A stretch of 64,000 nt of DNA, taken from the NCBI RefSeq assembly GCF_964355755.1, contig NC_092674.1, forward strand, positions 11,408,001 through 11,472,000, read 5' to 3'. This DNA is from Antedon mediterranea. Taxonomy: Eukaryota > Animalia > Echinodermata. Of this stretch, positions 24,601-35,172 are shown piece after piece. Every line of letters begins with the position of its first letter. The first letter of the stretch is position 1. The notes below the pieces were generated by a model. It made no database searches. It saw only the letters and a program-made list of their open reading frames with translations, and was not told where the DNA came from. The position numbers were made by a program, and so were the translations under genes.

Positions 24601-27600
24601 TATGTGTGGGAATATGTGCCATAAAACTTGGCTTACATTGTCACAAGATTGAATGCAAAGAAGAAGTGCAGACCAAAGTACATTCCAATGAGGCTATCTG
24701 TGTGCGACCTCTTTTAGGTTGTCCATAATATGAAAAGGATATGAAAAAAAATTTGCCGAACAAGCTTTTCACTAATTAACAATACCTCACATAATTATAT
24801 CTCAAAGTATACATCATACTACATATACTATATTTTTTTCTATGACCTAGCAATAGTCAAGAAAAATTAAAAAAACGTCATATTAAAAGTAAAAATATAA
24901 CATAATATAATAATTTCCATTTTAAAGATGTATTGTCCCCAAAAAACATGAAAAATGAAGATTAATAAAAAACAGACTTTGACCATTTCGCAGTTTTAAT
25001 AAAATGTTTTCACTTGTAAAAAGACTATTATAAATGGTTACTTACATTCAATTTGACTATTTTTTGCTTTAAATTACTTTTTTTCCAGGTTTTTTTTTCC
25101 ATCCAATTTTTGGTCAAAGTGAATAACTATTTTGTGACATTAAAATGGCATTCAACAAAAACATAAACAAAAAATTATATATTTTTAGGGGAATAATATA
25201 TCTTTAAGTATAATAATTACCGTTACTAGATTATTTTTTACAATCTTCTTTTTTCTTTGCAACATCTGTATTTGACATTTTTCAACAAAGAGTTCAGTAC
25301 AGCAGTCTCTGACATCCTCTGCATACTCTTCGTCGCTGTCGGTCATGTTCTCATACAAGTTTATATTGTTTGTTATCGCTTCTACTTGATGGTCTTTGAA
25401 GAACTTGCAGCAGTCGATTAACTTTTGGATAAATGATGGCGGCAGTGATGGAAATAGAGGACGGTCTGGAGAAGCAGAAGCTAAATACGAAGATGGTGGA
25501 TTAATTTGAGATCAATTGTTTCTTAATGCTGTTCAACAAAATGTATTTTTTAGTTTTCGACAGCTAAACGTGGCATATATGGCTAAAAATGCAGTGGATA
25601 TGTTCACCGCAACGCGAAATAAAAAAAATATAATATCACAAATTATTGAAGAATTTCCTTTAAATGGTATTCATTTAGATAGGGAAATGATTTATATCAT
25701 AATATATACTATTTTGCTATTGGTAAACATACAGGTTGGGGTTGGGAGTGAAAGATGGCTTGTAGCTGAATACATTATCTTTAATAATATGGAATTAAGT
25801 ATCAAGGTAGGTAATGGCTGACTGAAAACATACCGCATCACCAAGGTAGTTCGGAATACTTCAGGATATAATTACGCATTTCTGCAGCCTACACATCTCT
25901 ACATTTTTTAGTAGAATATTAATAAACAAAATTATTCATTTTACTCCAGTAAGTTAGTTCATCTAAGTAAAATATTCATAACTAGAGGGTACTCCGAGAG
26001 TACAAACCTCCGCCTACTGTAAAATTCCCCTACATAAAATGCCCCCTGAATATTTTTTTTTTACATTTTTTTTTATTAGTTCTAAGTGTAAATATGTTAA
26101 CTGCACACTACAAAGTTGTGGATGACAGTGTGGTGTAATGGTTATGTATCCAGCCTCTCACAGTTGAGATCGCTGGTTCAAGTCCCACTGAGGGTTTTTT
26201 TTTTTTTTTTTTTATTTCTTTTTTTTTTTTGGTGGACCTTGATCTTTGACCCTGACCCTTCAAAATGTAACCACAATTATATGATGTGTCATTGATCATT
26301 GTGGCTAAGTTTGGTGAGAATCGGATCAAAACTGTGGTCTCTAGGCAGTAAAATAGTTTTTTGTTAGTTGTGACCTTGACCTATGACCTTTCCCCCTCAA
26401 ATTCGAACTCGTCCGAGCTTTTTGGGCATAGATCATTGTGTCCAAATTTGGTTAGAATCGGATACAAACTGTGGCCTCCAGGCTGTTCACAGACACACAC
26501 ACAAACACACAAACATACAGGGGTGAAAACATAACCTCCTTGGCGGAGGTAATAAAAGAGGTTTCTTACAGAATGCTTGTAAGAGGACAGGAAAGTATTG
26601 GTCCAGCCAACTTCGTCCTTTGTAATTCAAGCAAATGACGTACACTTCAGAATTGCCAGCTTTGCTTGTTGATGGTTTGAAAACATGTACCTTGGGAAAG
26701 CAAATCAGATATTCAAGTAAATAAATATATGAGTATTTAAAACTCAAACTTGTTAGATAAAAAACTATTGCAAAAGGTATTTTCCACAATGATTGAAAAA
26801 TATGTAATTTAAATGGTACCGAGTATCAGGATCATCTAGCATTTCTGCTCTCAATCAGTGGCTGCTTTTGTGTTTTTTTTTTGCTAACAAGATGAGTATA
26901 GATTATTTTAATTATTATTTTTAATCTTCTATTTTTAGGCTCTACAGCTCACTATGTCGGTCGGTTAGTAAACACTAACTTGAGCACGCGACTGCAGCCA
27001 TGTGTATGGCCTTGTTTACTTTATTTGTTTACAGGTAATATTAAATACATGTTATATTTGCTTGTCATGTACTTTTCTAGTTTCTAATTATTTGCAACTA
27101 TGACTTTTGTTTGCGTTTTACTTATCGAGTAAAGTCAACACTCCAAATACTGCTCCAAATGCTGGGCTAATAATTATGTCTGGTGTTCATTATTCTAAAT
27201 GTGTTTTTAATTGCAAAATAGAATTTGGGACCATTTGGTCTGGTATTGGGAGAGATCCCAGTTTCCAGAAAGTCTGGTATTTCAAGATTTGACTGTGTTC
27301 ATTATTACAACAATACTCACCTCCTTGAAACTACAATTCAGTAAAAACATCAGGTTAGCTGTACATGACTCAAACATAGTAAACATCTTGATAACAAATG
27401 AACCACCCTCAGAAAGAATATAGAGGGCGGTAATCATCTCGGAATAATGAAGCTGGGAAACGAAGGTTTCTTGCTCACCTGGATCATTCTGACAATTAAT
27501 ACTGCCATCTGCTGTTACCTTTATTAGTAATTGATTAAAAATAAGTTGTTACTCTTACTTTTACTACCAAAAAAAAAAAACATTTTGAGAAAGCAATATG

Positions 27601-29046
27601 GAATTGTATAGAAATAATGAATGTTTATGAGTGCAATAGGGCAAATAATGAGGTAAAAGGTGGTTATATTTTCAAAGTGAAATAGAACATTTCATCTTGC
27701 ACCAAATGAAATTAACTCAATTCTGATATCTTGCCACAAATAAATTGTGAATTAGTTTACCAAATGTATTTCATCCATTTCTGCTATCTGAGTACGGGTG
27801 AGCAGACCTTCTAAGTTTTCTCTCTGCATCAAATCTCCGCTATCATCCACACCGAAGAACCAATTTGGTAAAGTCTCCTGAATAAACCTATCATCGGCTA
27901 TCATACATCCTAGACTGTTTCCTTCGTAGTAAGGATTCAACGTGGTGCCAACCCAACGCCACTGCAAGTACGTATAATCAGGGCGACTTTTGCAAAAGTG
28001 GTTAAGACTGGTGATGAACGCCCCAGGGGCTTCACAGAGATGGACAGAATTGAGAAATCCTGAAGTGTGTACAGTGTTTGGGATTACAGGATAGAATGTC
28101 AAAATCTCGTGGAACTTACACCAGGCCTGTGTGCACAGTTCTACATGATAGTTACGTCGTAGATGATGCATGGTTTTACCTCCACAGTGTAAAGATGTTG
28201 TGTGTGAGTGCCATTGGCGGATTTCTTTATCACTGAGAGAATTTTTAACATCGTTCAGTTCTGTTTTAAGTTGAAGTAAATCACTGTTTACCTCCTGTGG
28301 TAGAAAAGAAAAAATGATTCAACAGAATGATTAAAAAGCCATTATCTCCAGTTAAAGTGTCATTCCTCTACTGAAGGTGAATACAGAATTTTGAAATAGA
28401 ATATAGGGCATAAAAATGGAATATCGATTAAGCAAATCAAAGTGAATGACAAACGGAAATGACACTGCCATGTAGTGTGCTTTGTATCAGCAAAACGATC
28501 ATACCGTTTCTGCAAGTAAACAAGCGTGTTCTGTGTTGGAACATGCCCATCGTTTGATCGTTCAAGAACTTTGTGTTTTGATTTGCGCTTTCAATGCAAA
28601 CGTCAAGGAAAACCGGCATTGAAGCCTTGCACTTTCAATATAATTTATTTACTCATAAAATTTAGGGTCTGTGCGTCCCAACCACACGCTTTGGTCCGCC
28701 ACTGTACTATACTGTATGAAAACATTTTAAAAATGACTCATGGTAAAAGTACAGATACTACATTACTGAAACAAAAAGCGAATAACAAAAATAAAACAAT
28801 TACCTGAATTTTACCTTCAGCAAACATATCAGAGGGGTGGGGTAAAATACATGGGTTTTCGTCTTCAAAAGAAAACTTTTTTTCAAACTGGGCAGACGCA
28901 GCTAAATTTACACGATCAGAGAAGATCTTTGATGGGGAAGGGTGGTGATTATAACGTGGGCGTTTGGCCTTGTTCTTGACATGATGGCGGTAATGAAATG
29001 GTTCACTCCTAGGCCTAGTAGTAGAATAATGATTAACCTCTGTCAT
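18678..29046 (-). CDS. CMTR2: Cap-specific mRNA (nucleoside-2'-O-)-methyltransferase 2 (FTSJD1), 15 coding exons, ~819 aa
   Basis: In-frame GT-AG exons: 28804-29046, 27761-28294, 27321-27518, 26570-26690, 25221-25480, 24223-24402, 23753-23890, 23009-23092, 22272-22370, 21940-22031, 21243-21339, 20601-20699, 20065-20160, 19449-19536, 18678-18808 (2460 nt). Hallmark motifs: [82 protein letters not shown] (K-D-K-E tetrad of the RrmJ/FtsJ fold). C-terminal exons are less certain. Confidence 0.93.
22465..22800 (+). mobile_element. tRNA-derived SINE (Deu/Nin-domain-like body) with a 70-nt foreign insert between its A and B boxes
   Basis: A-box tggccgaacgg (22472), B-box-like ggtttgaggct (22579). 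The body gataaggactataaac..aggtccagtgtacac is shared with the inverted copy at ~47330-47506. Confidence 0.6.
22490..22559 (+). repeat. Inverted copy of CMTR2 exon 11 (21243-21312)
   Basis: 62/70 identity to the reverse complement of 21243-21312, ending exactly at the exon 3' boundary. Confidence 0.92.
24926..25203. mobile_element. Kolobok-type MITE, internal-deletion relative of 35173-37624
   Basis: TTAA|AGATGTATTGTCCCC...GGGGAATAATATATCT|TTAA; the left and right parts match the two ends of the 2.45-kb element. Confidence 0.8.
25980..26552 (+). mobile_element. Non-autonomous Helentron/DINE-1-like element in CMTR2 intron 4
   Basis: 5' actagagggtactccgagagtacaaacctccgcc, internal tgacctt repeats, a (CA)n tract and a 3' hairpin ataacctccttggcggaggtaat complementary to the 5' cctccgcc. 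No TSD. Confidence 0.65.
26124..26195 (+). pseudogene. tRNA-Glu(CTC)-like pseudogene or SINE head inside the Helentron-like element
   Basis: A-box tggtgtaatggt, anticodon loop ctctcac, B-box ggttcaagtcc, cagtg/cactg acceptor pairing, followed by poly-T. Stems are imperfect. Confidence 0.5.
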
Positions 29047-29379
29047 GATTTTGTTGTCATATCTTGTCAAATAAAATCTAAAAAAATAACGAAGTTACTT
29101 ATTAGTATTACTATGCCGTGATTTGATGCTGTTTTATTCGATTAGGAACTTCTTTTGACTTTGATCAACAAACAAATCTTTTACATTTTATTGGTGACAA
29201 AAAATGAAAACTTATTTACTTAACGTTTGAAATTCTATGTTGTAAATTAAATAATTACACTAATTGAAAATAACAGTAGGACTACTCTACTCAACAAAAA
29301 TTCCAAATCAAATATGCCAAATTTGAATTGTTATGGATTGCTACATTCAGCTTTCTGCTGCATCTCTGTTGTGACTGTG

Positions 29380-29720
29380 AGGAGGCTAGGCCTACTAGTA
29401 GGAGGCTAGAGTACTTAGGCTAGCCAGTAGGTAGTACTAGCTAGGGTACTAGTAGTAGGCCTAGCTAGGGCCTACTCTCTAGTCTAGGTAGGCCTAGCTA
29501 GGAGGCCTAGCTAGGGCCTAGCCTACCTAGGCCTAGCTTTAGCTAGGAGGCCGAGGCCTTCTATAGTATAGGGAATGCTAGGCTAGGCCTACTAGGCTAG
29601 GCCAGGCCTCACTTTATTATCAACCTGATTAGGCCTATATAAAATAATGTTTTAAATATAATACCATAGTCTTCTACCATATAGGCCTAGGCTAGGCCTA
29701 GATACAGTAACACAGCTAGG
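29380..29720. repeat. Low-complexity TAGGCCTA/TAGCTAG palindrome-rich tract near the CMTR2 5' end
   Basis: Dense overlapping taggccta, ctagctag and tagtacta words. Confidence 0.8.
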
Positions 29721-29733
29721 AAGATCGGAAGAT

Positions 29734-29754
29734 CAGGGAGTTAACAACTCCCTG
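29734..29754. mobile_element. 21-bp micro-hairpin insertion with perfect 7-bp target duplication
   Basis: ggaagat[CAGGGAGTT-aac-AACTCCCTG]ggaagat; flanks at 29727-29733 and 29755-29761. Confidence 0.65.
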
Positions 29755-31758
29755 GGAAGATCAACAACAAGCTAAGAGGGGAAAATCCCGTTGCGGCTGT
29801 TGTGCAGCGCAAGCGCAGTACAATTTGTTATTATAAGTAAACTGCGTTACTATGCGTTACATTTTCCTACAGTTGCGTCAGAAAAACAATCGTAGGCCTG
29901 ATTTAAAAAAAGGCAACGGCCAAAGTCCATAATTGTCTGTCCAGGCATCTCAGACAAAAGGTTTTTGTTAAATTTATCATTATGATTTTGTCTTTCATAT
30001 AGCCCAATGTGAAATTATTTTCCTGATGAATAGGCCTAATGAACCAAAAACAAATGTTTTACCGCTACAAATAGGCTACCGGCACACTACTAGTACTAGC
30101 CTAGGCCTTATATAGTAGGCCTACAACAAAATAATTTTATACAGAAATATAGATGTTGAGTAGAAAAGCAAACTATGACTTTTAGAAGAAACTTGCTAAT
30201 TAATTTAAAGCTAACTATCTTCCAATATAACAAAAAAAGAAAGGATATTATAGAAAATGAAAAAAGAAATGTAGGCCTAATGGAGACTGGCACAGGAAGC
30301 TTAACAAGAGAAGACAATAGATGGTCAAGAGGCACATAGAACCAAAACCGAGAGAGGAAGATAAAAAAGGTGGAGAGATAAAACCACCAAATATGCTAAA
30401 CAACCTGGACGAGAATTTCACATTACAGAAGTAAAAAAAAGACCCAGAAAGCATATACATTCGTATTTCTTGAAAGCAGCAGAAGTTATCATTGATCCAC
30501 CAACAAGCGCATAAATCTGAAGTAAGGCAAAAGTCTTACAAATAGAAGGCAGGCAGCAACTGATGACAGTCAGTGCTAGATAAGTGGATATCTATAACTG
30601 ACAAAGAAGGAGGTGTGATTTAGCGAACTAAAGTAAAGGCACACATCAAAGACTATGAATAAAATACAAGCATATGCTATCGATTCTAATCGTTTCAAAT
30701 GGATTGTGTCTTACTTAGAATGAAGCAGTGTCGATTGGACAATGTAAATAATAAGCTTAGAAAATATTTTTTTTTTGCACAGAACATTCCTCCGACTTAC
30801 TTAGCATCGCGTTTGGAACAATTTGGAAAATCGCTAAGGCAGATACGGGGCCAAACATTAATGCTCCAACCCATTCTTCTAAATGAATCTGGTGAAAATA
30901 TAAAATGGAGATGGCACCCATAATGGGCTTCTGTAGAAGAGGCATATAAAGCTTGCCAAGAACGTATTCATTGTGACTGTAAACCATTTGTAATAATGGA
31001 AATTGTAAATGTTGAATCGGCGTAAATTTAGTTGCACTAAATTATGAATTCTAAAAAACGAATTTGGATAAATATACAAAATACACATGTCAGTAAGCCA
31101 AATAACTAATTGTTCAACTGTTAAAAATGATACCAAACACGACAATATTTGGAAAGTTTAAAAATGTGATCTTGTTTTGATATGTCCGTAAATATTAATT
31201 TAGTAGTAGTAGCCCATTATGTTCTTCCAAATGGCAGATTATAAACTGCGAATTCGGATCGGGTTCGCCCCTAATCTTTGTAAGTACCTTAAATCATGTA
31301 TGCCAGACAGAACTCATAACTGTTGAATTCGCACGAATATAAACGCAACAATTAATCAATGCACTTGCATTGTGTGCCAGATTGGCGACAATTAGGTACA
31401 AGTAAAACTACTTGTTTTTTTTTGCATTAAAAAATGTTTCTCTTTTGAATTGCACTGCTCAAAAGGAAATGGGTATACTGATTTGAATTGGGCTCACATA
31501 TCACTAGCACAATACAACTGCAATAACTCAATTAGAGTGCCGCGTTCGAGAACAAAACATAGCTGTTTATCCAGGTCGTCGATATTGCGCTTTAAACCAC
31601 GGCATAACCATCTCAAAGCGCAGTGACAAATTCAACAATAGTTATTTCACAGTTATAAACAGACCAAAAGCCCAACCGTACGGTAGGCCTAACGTACCGC
31701 ATATATAACCGTTGAGAAATAACTTATTTCCTTATAGGCTACCTACATTAAATTTAAA

Positions 31759-32925
31759 ATGGGGACAGACGACGCTCTATCCGGGTTAATTTCATTAGGT
31801 GTAACGGTGGGTTTGTGTCTTGCTATCTACTATGTTATTCCTTTTGTTAAAACCAAAGACTACAAGGAAGGCGTGTGCACCGTGGTCGAGCACAATGTCA
31901 CAATAATAAGTGATCCTGAATGTGAATGCTATGACGACTACAAGTTGTTTTGCAAAGAAGGAAACTATCCGTGTTTGATGATTACTGTATTAGTTCTTGA
32001 TGCAGAGTTACAGAACAGAACTGCCATGCTGTACAAAAGTGATAAAGATTATGTTCAAGACAGTAAGGTAGGTGTCTCAGGTTAGATACAACAGTGATTT
32101 ATTCCCCCTCACCACTTATGCCTAAACATTAAATGAAGATGGATATGGAAGGTTGATAGGTGTTAGAAGTTCCTTCGACCTAAGCATATTTTGAAATGGC
32201 ACTTAAAAATATATAAGTCTCCAGGACCAGCCCTACCATGACTAGGGTTGACCTATAAGCAAATGTTGAAAATAAAGCTGCTATAGAGGTCCTAGGAAAT
32301 TGCACTCGATGTTCTTTGAAATATGAAACGAAATAAAGTCTCAGGACCATCTCTACCATGGTAGGTGCTTACCTATAGAAAAATAGAGCTACCAGATCAT
32401 CATAATTGCACATTTTGAAAATGGCCGTACCAATCCCTGAGGTTGGCCAAAATCATATCAATGCAAATTAAATAATTAATGATATTATAAAACAGATACG
32501 TTTAGATTTCAACTTCCTAGTTTTCTAATCAATAAAACAAACACAAGAAGATTTACAATCGTGCCAATGGAGAACAGGATAGTATATCCAGGGAGATGTA
32601 AAATAAATTTATTTATTTAGTCTGGTATATCCATGGTATATCTAAAACATCCCTTTCCTCATTTTAGTGTTCTTATCCAATATGCGACTCTTACGATCTT
32701 GGAAAAAAGAGGGAAACAGAAGAATACTCTGAATTTCGTGAAGAATACACAATTGTTGACAAAATGTTTGACTGTTTTTACGACGAGGAAAAGGATGAGG
32801 CAGTAATTGAGAGAAAGGTCACAAAAGCTCAAGCCATTGGAGCTTGTATTGGATTAGCACTCCTTGGATTAATTTCAGTATTGTTAATTGTATTTATTTT
32901 GTACCTCATTCATAAAAATTGTTAA
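31759..32925 (+). CDS. Calcium-activated potassium (BK) channel beta-subunit-like protein (KCNMB/CaKB family), 188 aa, 2 exons
   Basis: Exons 31759-32067 and 32668-32925 join in frame. N- and C-terminal TM helices flank a Cys-rich loop with the family motifs CTV, YPCLMITV, KCSYP.C and FDCFY. Confidence 0.8.
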
Positions 32926-33129
32926 ATGTTTCAATATAATAATATTCTGTATAAAGTAATGGTAGTTCATAACGTTGTTGTTTTTTTCTTAGGCGGTGTG
33001 GCCGTCTATTTGTATACTCTGTAAATAACAATTTTATTTTGCATGGCAAAATTAATATGTTGATATAAAGTTCGCGGTACACCACGTGTATTAATATACT
33101 GTAATATAGTTCTTAAAAGACTGTTGAGT

Positions 33130-33178
33130 TTCTTGACGTTTCGATCAATATACTTACTTTAATCGTCCTCAGGAGTGA
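33130..33178 (-). ncRNA. Minimal hammerhead ribozyme motif of Penelope-like element type, within a fragment bounded by 17-bp inverted repeats
   Basis: Minus strand reads CUGAGGA-C-GAUUAA..loop..UUGAUC-GAAA-CGUC (palindromic ACGU stem III, GUC site). Stem I is weak. Inverted repeats at 33056-33072 and 33209-33225. Confidence 0.55.
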
Positions 33179-35172
33179 GAATGCAGAAAGTCCAGTAAGT
33201 TGGGATCAAACTTTATATCAACATACATAAAAGTCGACGTCATGATATATAATTACATATTTTCATATGAAAATTAAAGATTTATTTTGTTTACTGTTCA
33301 TTTATAAGTTGATTACCTTGAGTTACGTTGAATTACCTTGAAATTAAGGCTAAAGCAAATTGCTTATTCGCCTCTCTGGAATTACAAATCTCTTACATAC
33401 GGCTGAAACTTCTGGTGGTGGTTTTTCCAGTGTTCTTTCAAATTAGACTTAAATTGATTCAATGACTTTGACTCTACAACAACTCTCGGAAAAACGTTCC
33501 AATCGTTAACTACCCTTGCTCCAAAATTATTTGATTCCCATTTAGTTTTGACCCGCGGCTTTGATAGTTTGAAAAAATGACCTCTAGTATAATCAATATA
33601 ATTGATGTTTAGTTTACTGATGATTAATTAGATGGATGTACACATTTTTCATTGTTGCTAAATTTTCCATTCATGTACAATGTTCCATTGTTGGTACTGT
33701 AGTATACATTTCATATTGTTAGTTTTTATTGTAAAGTTTTAAACATTGCTTTAGTCACACAAACTTCATGGTTAAACTTAATATTGTTTTCGTCTATCAA
33801 CTAAGAACCAATTATTAACCACGGGACCTTATCACGTAGGCCTGTAGGCATAATATATGTTTATAAAGGATGACAAAATCAAAAGTCAATTTCACGGCCG
33901 ATACAAAGTAAATAATTTGTTTGAACATCATTGTTCCCCTATAAAAAGTTTAATGAATGAATGCTTTTCAAGAATTTATTTAATTCATAAAAAACTTGAG
34001 AAATAATTCAAATGCCGTTTATATAAATATAATGGATAAACCACTGGAGCTGTAACTTCATGTTAACAAAGAATAATATTCCTATTGAATTCTTACTTAT
34101 TTTTGTTTGAAACTAACAACAATAGAACTTAGGCTTACAAAAATCAGAAGATCTTCAATCCATCTTTTTTATCGGTCTAATTTATATAAACATGAACATC
34201 AGAAAATGTTAATACACTGCAGTTAAAATACATCATCAAACTTAAATGTTCGTGTATGCGTAGTTTCATTTTTAGGTAAGAAACTGTGTTTTGTTGTCTT
34301 TCGTTTCACGTGTGAACTATGTATCGGATGAATTAATTCTGTTTTCACAAAATGGTGTATAGCGCCCTCAATTGACCAAAATGTATAGCGCCCTCGCGTG
34401 ACCAGATCAAGAGGAAAGTGCGCGATCTGCTCGCATTTTTATTTACAACCGTGTATGTGTCAAAGGTTATGGGCGGCCATTAGGGCCAAAATAGACAAAC
34501 GTTGCCGTACTCAACAATTCCGCTCCGGTAAGCCAAACAAATGGCGTTAAAGACATGATTCCTTACGGTGGCCCACAACTGTCACGCACACTATAACACA
34601 GAATCACACAATTCCTTGATTGACAAACAAATATTGCCAGGACAAACATTGCCCCCTAAGGACAAATTGGCGTACAGTCTAACTAAATGTAAACGTTGAG
34701 GGCATCATGCAACCACTAAGAAATATACAGAGGGAAACGAAACATGAAACTTTTCTGCGAAACTTTTGATTGATTAGAGTCATCAACTCCGAGTAGTGTT
34801 CAAATTGTATGGCATCTCTCTACATAACCCATCTAAAATATATTGCACTTGATTTAGATTAATTTCCTCATTTTCGAGAGATTGCATGACTAAAATTACT
34901 AATCAGGTTTCAAGAAATATTGGAGTAATGATGAAACTTCAATATATTTTACCAACAAATATTTCATTATATAATGGTTCTTCCATATTTGTCATATTGT
35001 AATTTGTTATGGGGGAACTATTACAAATAGGCTAAACATTTTCAATGCCCATGAACTACCACGGTAACTACAAAGTTGGACCATCTCTACATAATCATGG
35101 CATATAAAATTACGGTGAATGCACGAAAGTTGAGAGAGTGTTACAAGTAATATAATAATTAGTTATTATTAA

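Noticed and set aside
26124-26195. Functional tRNA gene
   Set aside because: Acceptor and anticodon stems are imperfect and it lies within a repeat; treated as a pseudogene or SINE head.
34355-34405. Two tandem agcgccctc motifs resembling CTCF sites
   Set aside because: Only the half-core matches and the 3' TAGTGG part is missing; cannot be supported from sequence alone.
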